This document shows, piece after piece, positions 1 through 11,930 of a stretch of 45,371 nt of DNA. Every line of letters begins with the position of its first letter. Position 1 is the stretch's first letter. Where the stretch lies: positions 4,932,728 through 4,978,098 of the forward strand of contig NC_057756.1 in NCBI RefSeq assembly GCF_004010195.1. Direction: 5' to 3'. The stretch is from Chiloscyllium plagiosum. Taxonomy: Eukaryota. The notes under the pieces are model-generated. The model did no database searches. It was not told the DNA's origin and saw nothing but the letters and a program-made list of their open reading frames with translations. Both the position numbers and the translations under genes were made by a program.

Positions 1-40
1 GAGAGTTTAGTTGGATGGGGTTGGTGGGAGCAGATGTCGT

Positions 41-276
41 CGCTGCCTAGTTTCCTGAACGGGGAGCAGACTTAACAGAAAACTCTGAGCCCCAGAAGAA
101 TGGCATTGAATCAATTAACCGAATAATCGTTTATCTGCACAAAAATAGTGCCCACCCACGCTGCCTAGTTTCCTGAACGGGGAGCAGACTTAACAGAAAA
201 CTCTGAGCCCCAGAAGAATGGCATTGAATCAATTAACCGAATAATCGTTTATCTGCACAAAAATAGTGCCCACCCA
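41..276. repeat. Perfect 118-bp tandem duplication of unique-looking sequence
   Basis: CGCTGCCTAGTTTCCTGAACGGGG...GTGCCCACCCA occurs at 41-158 and again at 159-276. Confidence 0.95.
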
Positions 277-279
277 TCT

Positions 280-822
280 CATTCGGATAATCGACAGCAC
301 TGCAGCAATTCAACAAAAATCCTCAGACAGCACCATTTAAAGCCAGAGTACGTCCATCAAGAAGGACAAGAGTAGCAAATATATGGGAACCCCACCACCT
401 TCAAGTTCCCCTCCACTCACCATCCTGACTTGGAAATATGTCGCCGTTCCTTCACAGTCACTGGGTCAAAATCCTGCATTCGGATAATCGACAGCACTGC
501 AGCAATTCACCAAAAATCCTCAGACAGCACCATCCAAAGCCATCAAGAAGGACAAGAGCAGCAAATATATGGGAACCCCACCACCTTCAAGTTCCCCTCC
601 ACTCACCATCCTGACTTGGAAATATGTCGCCGTTCCTTCACTGTCACTGGGTCAAAATCCTGGAATCCCCTCCCTCAGGCCATTGTGGGTCTACCCTACA
701 GCACATGGACTGCAGCGGTTCAGGAAGGCAGCTCACCCCCCCCCCCCCGCCCCACCTTCTCAAGGGAGCAACTAGGGACAGGGTAATAAATGTTGGGCCC
801 AGCCAGGGACGCCCACGTCCCA
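280..822 (+). repeat. ~197-bp tandem duplication ending in a LINE(L2/CR1)-derived 3' end element
   Basis: CATTCGGATAATCGACAGCAC...GGGTCAAAATCCTG at 280-476 and 477-~662. The TCCTGACTTGGAAATATGTCGCCGTTCCTTCAC...GGGCAACTAGGGA...AATAAATG segment resembles a recurrent shark LINE/SINE tail. Confidence 0.7.
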
Positions 823-924
823 CAAATGGATAAATTTTACAAAACATAATCTGAACTATCAACAATTCTTTCTCCCGCAGCCTGCCAACATTGCACAAAT
901 GCTGCCCCCTACACACTTCAAGTG

Positions 925-1030
925 AGTTCTGATGAAGAGTGACCTGGACTCGAAACATTAGCTTGCTCTCTCTCTCTCTCTCTACAGATGCTGCCTGACC
1001 CGCTGTGATTTCCAGCATTTTCTGCTTCCA
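925..1030 (+). mobile_element. Penelope-type terminal-repeat fragment with minimal hammerhead core
   Basis: CTGATGA-A-GAGT-GACCTGG-ACTC-GAAAC at 929-956, followed by CTCTCTACAGATGCTGCCTGACCCGCTG. Confidence 0.65.
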
Positions 1031-1169
1031 ATTCCCAATGAGCAGGGACACCAGAACCAGGCAGTCACAGTCTAAGTCCTATGTTCTATCCAAATCGTTG
1101 ACCCTGTTGATCTTTTCTGCTGTTTGGCCCTGTTGCAGCTTAATCAGGTCAACATTTCACTTTTAATAT

Positions 1170-3180
1170 GGTGAAGCCAGGGAGCTATAATCTGGTGAGC
1201 CTAACATCAGCGGTGGGTAAGTTGTTGGAGGGCTTTCTGCGGGACAGGATTTGGAAAGGCAAGGACTGATTAGGGATGGCCAGCATGGCTCTGTGCGTGG
1301 GAAATTGTGTCTGTCACAAAGCCGGAACTTTTTTTAAAAAAAATGCTGTTCCTTTTCTTAAGGATACGAGGCCCTTGGTTTTTTTCAGAGGGGTTGTAAA
1401 ACTGCCCCAGGCTCCGAATCGACTGAAATGCGGCAGAGGTGAAAAGGGTGTTGTAAGGCCTTTTGTCTATAGTAAACAGATGAGACTTTAGGGTAAAGCT
1501 TTTATGGTTCAGAAGTAACCTGTATTACATAAGGGGAGTATTCAGTACTGGAAGCTGAATTCTGCTTTTTAGTCAGTTGCAACAGAGGCTCTAGGGGAGA
1601 AGTCTAGTACTCGCTCTCTCTCTCTCTCTCTCCTTCTGCCCTTCCAATCTCAACCTGTAAACCCCTGTTTCATTTTTACTCTGTGTCTAAGGGGTTTGTC
1701 TATTGGGACTGTTGTATATTTTCAGAACAGCACAATTAAGTCTAGTTTGGATCGACTAAGTTCTGTGGGTATTCTCTGTTCTGTTCTTTGTGTTTCGTTC
1801 CATAATTTTGTGAATAAATACTTGTCTGTTTTAAAACCTGATAGTCAACCTGGCTAACTTACTCCGGGTAATTTTCACTGTACAATTTCTGAAACAAATA
1901 GCAACATTAAGATTGCTTTGAATGGTCTGGATTAGTGGTGCTGGAAGAGCACAGCAGTTCAGGCAGCATCCAAGGAGCTTCGAAATCAACATTTCGGGCA
2001 AAAGCCCTTCATCAGGAATAAATGGGCTGGCCTAGTCCACAACACGTCTGACAAATTTGACTGAAGTTTTTGAAGAACTGGCCAAGTGGTAGACACATGC
2101 ACGGACTTTAGCTAGGGCTTTGACAAGGTTCCACTTGGAAGACTGCTTAGTAAGTTTGGATAACATGGGATTTAGGGAGAGCTAGTCAATTGGTTACAAA
2201 ATCTTCTTGTCAGTAGGAGACAGAGTGTCTTAGTATTCAGACCAGAGGCCTGTGACCAATGATGTGCCATGAGGATCGGTACTGGGTCGACTGTTGTTCA
2301 TTATTTAAAGAAACTATTTGGATGAGAATATTGGAGACGTGGTTCATGAGTTTGTACCTCACACTAAAACTGGTGGATTGTTAAGCAGTGAAGAAAATTA
2401 TTTAAGATTACAACAAGATCTTGATTAATAGGTATGAGGAATAGCAGGGTGGAGTTGAATTCAGATGAATGTGAAGTGTTGCATTTTGGTCAGAGAAGCC
2501 AGGGCAGGACTTACACAGTTAATGGGGAGTGCTGTCAAACAGAGACCTGGGGAGGGGCAAGTACCTTGTTCCTTGAAAGTGGTGAAGAAGACATTTGGTA
2601 CGCTTGCATTTCTCCATGAGAAGATTGAACACAGGAGTTGGGACGTCATGCTACGGCTGTACAAGACTTTGGTAAGGCCACATTTGGAGTCCTGCATAGA
2701 GTTCTGGTCACCCTGCTACAGGAAAGGCGTTATTAAGCTGGAAAGGGTGCAAACCATTTACAAGGATGTTACCGAGACTAAAGGGTTCGAGTATAAGGAG
2801 AGGCTGGATAGGCTGGGGCTTTTGTCCCTGGAGCGTCGGAGGTTGAGGGGTGACCTTTATAAAATCATGAGGGGCATGGATTTGGTGAATAGACAAGATC
2901 CTTTCGCCAGTGTGGGAAAGTCCAAAGCTAGGAGGCATTGGTTTAAGGTGAGAGGGGAAAGATTTAAAAGGGACTTGAGGGGCAATCTTTTCACACAAAG
3001 GGTGTGGGAGTATGCATCGAGCTGACAGAGGAAGTGGTAGAGGTGGGTACACTTACAACATTTAAACAACATTTGGACAGGTACACGGTTAGGAGAGGAG
3101 CAGAAAAGTGACACGAGTTCAGTTTAGGAAACCTGGTTGGCCCGGACGAGTTAGGCCAAATGTGCTGTACGACTCTATAA
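1170..3180 (+). mobile_element. Degenerate CR1 LINE ORF2 (RT to 3' tail), interrupted by an LTR-like insertion
   Basis: QHG-GK-C-T-L region, and ORF 2465-3025 LYKTLVRPHLESCIEFWSP...LERRRLRGDL...GNLFTQRV; 3' tail at ~3130-3180. Confidence 0.9.
1312..2044 (+). mobile_element. Solo LTR-like insertion (TG...CA) inside the CR1
   Basis: Starts TGTCAC and ends CAACA; flanked by TGTC (1308-1311) and CGTC (2045-2048), a 4-bp TSD with one mismatch; AATAAA at ~1813; CR1 sequence resumes in register; contains a Penelope fragment at ~1930-2020. Confidence 0.7.
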
Positions 3181-3424
3181 TTCCATCTGGTGTTGCTCCT
3201 GGAATACCCAGGTAATAATCTTCATTGAACCAGCATCAATTTCCTGGCTTGATCGCAACCATAGAGGGCCAGGAGGTGACAGGTAGTGGCTGAATGCAGT
3301 TCTGAACACAGCAAACAGCCCTCAACTCATGAAGCGAGAGGGCATCATCTGCAGAGTGTCAAGTGATCGTCGATGTGATCAGAATATGTGGGAAAGAAAT
3401 TCCCACAGCCAGCACCAGCCTGTG

Positions 3425-5095
3425 TATATATACAATGTTTCTGATTGATATGACAATGCATTGAGGTAACATTGCACATGTGTGACACGTTTCTGACTGA
3501 CTTCACCATTGTAGTACTATTACAGAATATAGAACATTCCAGCGCAGTACAGGCCCTTCGGCCCTCGATGTTGCGCCGATCTATGGAACCCATCTGAAGC
3601 CCATCTAACCTACACTGTTCCAAGAAGATTGCAGGTTAGAAAGGCAGTGCTGAATTCGATGGATTTGACGGAGACAAGATGGGGGGAGGGGAAATGAGGA
3701 AACTGGTGAAATCCGAGTTCATCCCTTGTGGTTGGAGGGCTCCTAGGCGGAAGATGAGGCGTTCGTCCTCCAGCCGTCTGAACCCATCTGAAGCCCATCT
3801 AACCTACACTGTTCCATTTTCATCCATATGTTTATTCAATAACAATTTAAATGCTCTTAACATTGGCGAGTCTTCTCCTGTTGCAGGCAGGGCCTTCCAT
3901 GCCCCTACTACTCTCTGAGTGAAGAAACTACCTCTGACATCTGTCCTATATCTATCACCCCTCAAGTTAAAGCCATGTCCCCTTATGCTAGCCATCACCA
4001 TCCGAGGAAAAAGGCTCTCCCTGTCTACCCTATCTAATCCCCAGATGATCTTATATGTCTCTACTAAGACACCTCCCAACCTTCTTCTCTCTAACAAAAA
4101 TAGCCTCAAGCCCCTCAGCCTTTCCTCATGAGACCTTCCCTCCATACCAGGCAACATCCTAGTATATCTCCTCTGAACCTTTTCTGAAGCTTCCACATCC
4201 TTTCTAGAATGTGGTGACAAGAACGATATGTAAAACCCCAAGTGTGGCCGCGCGAGAGCTTTGTACAGCTGCAGTATGACCTCATAGCTCCGCAACTCAA
4301 TCCCTCTACCAATAAAAGCTCACACACCATTCGTAACAAACCCAATCAACCTGGGTGGCAACTTTCAGGGATCCATACACGTGGATGCCAATATCTCTCT
4401 CTGCTCATCTACGCTACCAGGAATCTTACCATTAGCCCAGTACTCTTCATTCCTTTTGCTCCATCCATATCACATATGTCTACAATGTTTCCTACTGACG
4501 TCACCATGCATTGTAGTGTCATCACACACATGCACACTGTTTCTGACTGATGTCACCATGTATTGTAGTGTCATCACACACATGCACACTGTTTATGATG
4601 ACTGCACTGTGCATCATGGTACAATCACTCATCTACACTGTTTCTCACTGACTTCACCGTGCATTGTAGTACCATCACACACATGCACACTGTTTCTGAC
4701 TGACTTCACCATGCATTGTAGTACCATCACACACATGCACACTGTTTCTGACTGACTTCACCATGCATTGTAGTACCATCACACACATGTACACTGTTTC
4801 TGACTGACTTCACCATGCATCATGATACAATCACACATCTACACTGTTTCTGACTGACTTCACCATGCATCATGGTACAATCACACATCTACACTGTTTC
4901 TGACTGACTTCACCATGCATCATGGTACAATCACACACATCTACACTGTTTCTGACTGACATCACCATGCATTGTTGTCCCATCACACACATGTACACTG
5001 TTTCTGACTGACTTCACCATGCATCATGGTACAATCACACATCTACACTGTTTCTGACTGACTTCACCATGTATTGTAGTACCATCACATGTGTA
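3425..5095. repeat. 50-52-bp minisatellite split by a CR1 insertion
   Basis: Unit ACTGTTTCTGACTGACTTCACCATGCATTGTAGTACCATCACACACATG(C/T)AC, ~12 copies at 4475-5095 and ~2 degenerate copies at 3425-3522. Confidence 0.9.
3523..4460 (-). mobile_element. CR1 LINE 3' fragment
   Basis: ORF 3804-4295 LYKALARPHL...ERRRL...GSFFTQRVVGAW; microsatellite-like tail at ~3525-3540. Confidence 0.9.
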
Positions 5096-5115
5096 CTCAG
5101 CAAGGCCTCTGTCAT

Positions 5116-5749
5116 CCAACAGCTACAGCCTGATGGTCACTGTTGCTGGCCTGGCACCTGTATTTGGACCCTCATGAATAATTTGTTCTCTGTTACCCCA
5201 AAATATCAGAGACTTCCACAACAGGGATCTGTTAGATTAGATTACTTACTTACAGTGTGGAAACCGGCCCTTCAGACCAACATATCCACACCGAAGAGCA
5301 ACCCACCCAGACTCATTCCCCTACATTTACCCCTTCACCTAACACTACAGGCAATTTAGCCTGGCCCATTCACCCTAACCTGCACATCTTTGTGATGTGG
5401 GAGGAAACCGGAGCAAACCCACACAGACACGGGGAGAACGTGCAAACTCCACACAGACAGTCGCCAGAGGCTGGATGAACCCGGGTTTCTGGCGCTGTGA
5501 GGCAGCAGTGCTAACCACTGTGCCACCGTGCCGCCCATAAGGAAGACGTCACAGGGCAACTTAGCTCGGTCTCCATAATCAGACCTTGGAGAGCTGCAGT
5601 CGAATCAGCCCACACAAGGGTATTGTACTTACCCAAATCCCCATCTCCGCTGCCTACCATAGGCATCAGCTCCGCTGAAAGAGAAGTGTTGACCCTGACA
5701 GTCACAGGTATCAGACTGTCTCGTAGCTCAAGTGAAGAGACATACAGCT
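5116..5749 (-). pseudogene. Copy C: disrupted Cys-less IgV-like exon, interrupted by an HE1 SINE
   Basis: Acceptor TTCCTTGGCAG, phase 1. Reads (K)LYVSSLELRDSLIPVTVRVNTSLSAELMPMVGSG...LVWADST / frameshift / SDYGDRAKL.. [SINE 5232-5536] NRSLLWKSLIFWGNREQII..GARPATVTIRL*LL. Donor appears mutated (G|AT). Collinear with copies A and B. Confidence 0.6.
5232..5536 (-). mobile_element. HE1-type tRNA-derived SINE
   Basis: Minus strand GGCGGCACGGTGGCACAGTGGTTAGCACTGCTGCCTCACAGCGCCAG (A box), GGTTCA (B box), (TCTAA)n tail. Confidence 0.92.
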
Positions 5750-5893
5750 CTGCCAAGGAAACAAGATATCATTAAAGAAGACAGTGAAATATGAGACAAT
5801 ATAAAGTGACAGTCCTTTCGTTGTCCTTCAGAATCCCATGGTACCTTCTTTCGCCAGCTGCAACAACAAACAATTTGAGAAAGTGAAACTTAC

Positions 5894-5957
5894 TAACGGT
5901 CATTAATAAGTAGACAATTATTAGAACCCAAGCCAAACCATGTGACAGTTCATCCAT
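5894..5957 (-). pseudogene. Copy C: signal-peptide (leader) exon
   Basis: MDELSHGLAWVLIIVYLLMTV + A|GTAAGT (phase 1); 144-bp intron to the acceptor before 5749, in frame. Confidence 0.65.
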
Positions 5958-6242
5958 TCTAATACTGAGAAAGCTTCAGGATTCGTTGCAACCACTTTCA
6001 TAGCTGGTTCCCACAGTTGCAATGCTATTTGGACAAATTACTGTTCACGTTTGCACCCAAACTGCCTGGATGCTCATCTCTTGTGTCAGAACCTGCCAGG
6101 CCACTGACCAATTGTTGCATGAAGTGAAAATCTGATGTACATCATTCCCTTGAAATTGATGTCATTTCTGAATCCCATGCCTGTACAGTTAAAAATGCAG
6201 ATCAAGAGATTCTTATTTGCAGTTATATGTTCTTCCTTAGTC

Positions 6243-7660
6243 GAAATGTGTGGTGCTGGAAAAAGCACAGCAGGTCAGGCAACATCAGAGGAGCAGGAGA
6301 TTTGACGTTTCGGGCAGAAGTCCTTCATCGGAATGTGGAGGGGTAAGGGGGCTGAGAGATAAATAGGAGGGTGAAAGGGGGGAGGTGGGTGGGATGGTGA
6401 TAGGTGGATGTAGGTGGGAGGTGATTGTGATAGATCGGTGGGGAGGATGGAGCAGATAGTTGGGAAGGAAGATGGACAGGTCAAGACAGCAGTGCCAATT
6501 TGGGGGCTTGGATCCGGGATGAGGTGGAGGGAGGTCCGATTTTGAAACTGGTGAAGTTGATGCTGACGCCCAGGGATGGGAGAGTCCTGAGGCGGAAGAT
6601 GAGGCGTTCTTCCTCCAGACATCAGGCGGCTAGGATTTAGCAATGGAGGAGGCCCAGGACTTGGCAGAGTGGGAAGGGGGAGTTGAAGTGGCCAGCCACA
6701 GGGCAGTGGGATTGCTGGGTGCATGTGTCACAGAGATGGTCCCTGAAAAATTCCACATGTTGGCGTCCTGTCTCCCCATCAAGAGCAACAGACACAATGG
6801 ATGAGGTGGATGGATGTGCAGGAAAATCTCTGCCGGGGGTGGAAGGATCCCTTAGGGCCCTGGATGGAGGTGACGAGGGAGGTGTGGGCGCAGGTTTTGT
6901 ACCTCGTGAAGTGGCAAGGGAAGTTGCCGGTGTGGAAGGTGGGTTGGTAGGAGGGCGTAGACAAGGGAGTCACAGAGGGAATAGTCTCTGCGGAATGCTG
7001 ATAGGGGTGGGGAGGGAAATGTATTTTTGTTGGTAGGGTTTGACTGTAGGTTGTGGAAATGGCAGAGAATAATGCGTTAAATCCAGAGATTGGTGGAAGG
7101 GGAGGACCAGGGGATTCTATCCTTGTTGCAGTTGGAGGGGTGGGGTTCAAGGGCAGAGGCGCGGGAAGTTGGAGGCGATGCGATGGAGGGCATTGTTGAC
7201 TACATGGAAGGGGAAATTAATGTTCTTGAAATAGCAGGCCATCTGGGATGTCCTGGAGTGGAATTGTTCTTCCTGGGAGCCGGTGCGGCGGAGGCGGAGG
7301 AATTGGGAATAACGGATCGCATTTTTAGAGGAGCAGGAGTGCGGGAGGAAGTGCAGAGAAGGTCGCTGTGGGAGTCGGTGGGTTTGAAATAGACGACTGT
7401 GTTGATGACCGGTTACCAGAGATGGAGATGGAGAGGTCCGGGAAGGGGAGGGAAGTGCCCGAGATGACCCATGTGAACTTGAGGTCAGGCTGGAAGGTGT
7501 TGGCAAAGTTGATGAGCTGTTCAACCTCCTCATGAGAGCACGAGGTGGTGCCAAGGCAGTCATTGGTGTAACAGAGGAAAAGGTGGGAGATGGTACTGAT
7601 GTAACTGTAGTAGAAGGACATTGAAAAGTGTGGCGCTGGAAAAAGCACAGAAGGCCAGGC
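6243..7660 (-). mobile_element. Degenerate Penelope-like retroelement (RT C-terminus, GIY-YIG region, terminal repeat)
   Basis: HLFLCYTNDCLG (decayed YxDD)...FANTFQPDLKFTW...; YSQFLRLRR; QRFSCTSIHLIHCVCCS; hammerhead-like core at ~6303-6330; terminal GTGTGG(T/C)GCTGGAAAAAGCACAG repeated at 6247 and 7628. Confidence 0.85.
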
Positions 7661-7869
7661 TCTTTAGGCCACATGGATTAATGTCTTACATAGTTTAGTG
7701 TGGTAGAAATCATGGAACTGCTCAGGACTGTAACCTTTAACCTTTGTAACCTTTGTAACCTTTGGAAGCTTTGAATATGAGCAGTTGGGCTTTTGACATC
7801 ATTTTCAGAACGGATTTAAGACAATGCAAATCATTCTGAGGTGATCCACTTGGAAAGAAGGAGCAAGAA

Positions 7870-9150
7870 AGACTTAAAAGAGACCTAAGGGGCAACTTTT
7901 TTTCACACAGAGGGTGGTGTGTGTATGGAATGAGCTACCAGAGGAAGTGGTGGAAGCTGGTACAATTACAGCATTTAAAAGGCACCGGGTTGGGAATATG
8001 AATAGGAATGGTTTAGAGGGATATCCTGTTCATTCGTGATGAAGGGCTTTTGCCTGTAACATTGATTTTCCTGCTCCTCAGATTCTGCCTGACCTGCCGT
8101 GCTTTTTCCAGCTCTAATCTCGACTCTGACCTCCAGTATCTGCAGTCCTCACCTTTTCCTTCGAGGGATATCCACCAAATGCTGACAAATGGGACTAGAT
8201 TAATTTAGGATATCTGATCAGCATGGGTGATTTGGGCCGAAGGGTCTGTTTACATCTCTATGGCTCCATGATTAAGACAAGGGAGTGCTCAATGAATGGC
8301 AGGACATTGAGAAACTCAAAGGAACACAGGAATCTTGGGGGCCCTTGTCCACAGATCCCAGTAGGTGGCAGCACAACTTAAGAAGGTGTTTAGGAAGGGT
8401 TGCTTTTGTCAGTCATGGCACAGATTATTTGCACAGGGAGGTCATGTTGGAGCAACACAGCCCTTTGGTTAGGTTACAGCTGTGTGCAGTTGTGGTCCCC
8501 ACATCATTGGAAGGATATGATTGCAGTGGAGGGGGGTGCAGGGGAGGTGCTCCAGGGTGTTGCCTGGGGTGGACTATTTCACCAAGGAAGAGAGGCTGGA
8601 TAAGATTGGGTTGTTTTCCTTGGAGCTGAGAAGTCTGAGACTGGTCTGGATAGAAGATTACAAGGGGGATGGGCAGGGTGGATAGAAGGCAGCTGTCCCT
8701 CTTCGTCAAAGGGGGCATAATTTGATTTGATTTGATTTATTATTGTCGCACGTACCAAGGTACAGCGAGAAATGGTGTCCAATTTGCTTTACAGACAGAT
8801 CATACTGTACAAGTGCATCAGGGTAAGAGAACAAAGTGCAGGAGACAGCCTTAGAGCTGCTGAGAAGGAGCAGAGGGAGATCAATATTAACATTAATGAG
8901 GTCTGTGCAAAAAGTCTGATCATTGTAAAGTGAAAGGCAGGAGGTATAGAAGGTATTTGAGGGAAACCTTTTTTACCCAGAAGGTGATTGGGGGATCTGG
9001 AAAGCACTGCTTGGGAGGGTAGTTGAGGAAGGAACCCTCACAACCATTAAAAAGGACTTGGTTGAGCAAGACAGTGTCAGAATATTCAAGGTTATGGACC
9101 AAGTGATGGAAAGTGGGCCGAATGTAGGTAGTAGTATATTCGATGGGCTG
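7870..9150 (+). mobile_element. Nested CR1 3' fragments with Penelope-type and other small inserts
   Basis: GGCAACTTTTTTTCACACAGAGGGTGG tail at 7870-8270; older CR1 at 8275-9150; Penelope repeat at 8035-8160. Confidence 0.8.
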
Positions 9151-9166
9151 AAGGACCTCATCTGTA

Positions 9167-9366
9167 CAGGTCGTTCTGCTGTAAAGCATGTTTCATTAAT
9201 ACGAATTCACTATAACAAGATTGACAAATTGGGACACTGTTTCTATAGAGGGAAGTTTTAAAGCCTGCATTGTTTAGAATGAGATCCTGGCTCTATTAGT
9301 TTAACTGGTGTTGCGATTTCCATATAACACGAGAATGGACATGCCGCATTATAGCAGAACCGACTG
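9167..9366. mobile_element. 200-bp MITE (Tc1/mariner-pogo/Tigger-like)
   Basis: TA|CAGGTCGTTCTGCTGTAA ... TTATAGCAGAACCGACTG|TA: imperfect TIRs with TA target duplication. Confidence 0.8.
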
Positions 9367-9649
9367 TACTGTACAATTCTACAATTCAATGATAATATAA
9401 CTGGCCCAATCATATCCTTCCTCTGGCAATAAGAGGTGTCGATCACAGGCTGGGAATCCTATAGCGTTTCTTGCCTCCCCAAAGCTCTCATCTGGCTCAA
9501 GTCACGGAAATAACCCTCATTTGCCTCCCGAGTATTTGCAGTAGAGAAGGAGGCCATTCAGGCCATCACGAGTGCACCAGTCAAAAAACAATCCAATTGC
9601 ACTCATCTCATTCTCCAGCCTTTGACCTATGGAGGCATTTGCAACACTA

Positions 9650-10437
9650 AAAACGTTTCACAAGGATGTCACCAGGATCGGATGGTTTGAGTTATCAGGA
9701 GAGGCCGGATTAGCTGGGACCTTTTTCACTGGAGTGTAAGAGGTTGATTAGATTAGATTACTTACAGTGTGGAAACAGGCCCTTCGGCCCAACAAGTCCA
9801 CACTGACCCGCCGAAGCGCAACCCACCCATACCCCTACATTTACCCCTTTTAACCTAACACTACGGGCAATTCAGCGTGGCCAATTCACCTGACCTGCAC
9901 ATCTTTGGAGTGTGGGAGGAAACCGGAGCACCCGGAGGAAACCCACACAGACACGGGGGAGAATGTGCAAACTCCACACAGTCAGTCGCCTGAGTCGGGA
10001 ATTGAACCCGGGTCTCTGGCGCTGCGAGGCAGCAGTGCTAACCACTGTGCCACCGTGCCGCCCACAGTTGAGGGGTGCCCTTGTAGAGGCTTATAAAGTC
10101 ATGAGGGGCACAGGTCAGGTGAATAGCCAAAGTCTTTCCCCTAGGCTGGGGGAGTTCAAAACCAGTGGGCATGATTTAAAGCTGAGAGGGACCTGAGGGA
10201 CGACTTTTTCACACAGTGTGGCAAGTGTAGAATGAACCGTCAAAGGAATTGGTAGATGCAGGTACAGTTGCAACACGTAAAAAGACATTTGGATAAGAAC
10301 ATGAATAGGAAAGGTTGAGAGAGATATGGGCCAAATGCAAGTGAATGGCATTTGTTTAGTCTGGGAAACATGGTCAGCATGGATGGGTTGGAGCAAACGA
10401 AAGAGTCTATTTCCACACTGTATGACTCTATGACTTT
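9650..10437 (+). mobile_element. CR1 3' fragment with nested minus-strand HE1 SINE (~9748-10065)
   Basis: CR1 motifs on both sides; GTTGA duplicated at the SINE edges; full SINE head and (TCTAA)n tail. Confidence 0.88.
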
Positions 10438-10710
10438 ATGACCCAACTGACTATCTGGGCACAGCAGCACATGGCATCTCCATTAGTACCATATTGCCCT
10501 ATGAGTGCCACCCTGACCTGGAGCTACAGTGACCATCCCCTTTTGGACAAAACCCTCATACCCCCTTTCCTCACAGCTCTGTGGGTGGATTGGCACCACG
10601 TGGATGGCATCAGAGTTTACCACCTCCTTCTCGGGGCTGATTAAGGCATGGTGGCAAGCATTGGGTAAGCCACAAAGCGCAAGATTAAAACGGAAAGGGA
10701 CACTGCTTAC

Positions 10711-10999
10711 CAAAGACTTGCAAAGTGATGGTGGCTGTTCTTGGAGCACTCAAACCTGCAAATTGTGTATTTCCCACGAACCCAAAGTGTCACCGACTTT
10801 AGCAGGAGGGATCAATTCGGGAGGAATAACTCAGTGCGTTCAGCGTAATCATTACTTGCCACAGCAATGCCAGGGTACTTTTCCCCACAAAGTTCCAGTT
10901 CCCACTGATCACTGTGGATGAGAGCACCATTGGGAAAAATGCATTACCTCTGGCCAACACATCAATCTGCTTGTTTTATGTTGTGCCAGTATGAGAAAG
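10711..10999 (-). pseudogene. Copy B: disrupted Cys-less IgV-like exon
   Basis: Acceptor TTTTCCCTCAG, donor G|GTAAGC. Across frameshifts: KQIDVLARGNAFFPMVLSSTVISGNWNFVGKS / GIAVASNDYAERTELFLPN*SLLLKSVTLWVRGKYTI / AGLSAPRTATITLQVF. Confidence 0.82.
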
Positions 11000-11404
11000 C
11001 TGAGGGAAAAGAAGCTTATTAGAGGAAGTCAAGAGAAACAGAGCAACGTTACACAACGTATATGTTTGTAACATTATGATACTGCCATCATTTCATTGGG
11101 AAGGCAATGACCACTAAACCTCGTAATCGACAGATCTGAGTAATGTTCTGGGAGCTCAAGTTTGAATCTCACCTAGGAATTTTTTTTTAAAGATCTGGAG
11201 TTAGGATTGTAATTGTCAGTTGTCAAAAGTTGTAAGTTGTTGGGGGAAATCCCCATCTGGTTAATGAACAGCCTTTGGGGAAGAAAATTGCTGTCCTCAC
11301 CTGGTCTGGCCTGCACATGACTCCAGACCAATGACAATGCAGGTTATCTTTCTGGTCAGTTAGGAATGGGCTATAAAAGTTGGCCTAGCCAGCAACACCC
11401 AAAG

Positions 11405-11930
11405 CACAAAGAACAAAGAAAATTTACAGCCCAGAAACAGGCCCTTCGGCCCTCCAAGCCTGAGCCGATCCAAATCCACTGTCTAAACCTGTCGCCCAAT
11501 TCCTTAGCATCTGTATCCCTCTGCTCCCCACTTACTCATGTATCTGTCCAGATGCATCTTAAATGAATCTACCGTACCTGCCTCTACCAGCTCTGCTGGC
11601 AACACGTTCCAGACACCTACCACCCTCTGTGTGTAAAGTACTTACCGCGTGTATCCCCCTTAAACTTTTCACCTCTCACCTTGGATGCGTGACCTCTCGT
11701 TATTGAATCCCTTACCCTGGGGAAAAAGCTTATCTCTATCCACCCTGTCTATACCCTTCATGATATTGTAAACCCCAATCAGGTCCCCTCTCAATCTCTT
11801 TTTGTCTAATGAAAACAAACCCAACCTATTCAACCTCTCTTCATAGCTAGCACCTTCCATACCGGGCAACATCCCTGTTAACCTTCTCTGCACCCTCTCC
11901 AAAGCGTCCACATCCTTTTGGTAAGAAGTA
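11405..11930 (-). mobile_element. CR1 3' fragment in intron 1 of copy B
   Basis: YQKDVDALERVQRRLTGMLPG...KRLRGDLIGVYNIMKG. Confidence 0.88.
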
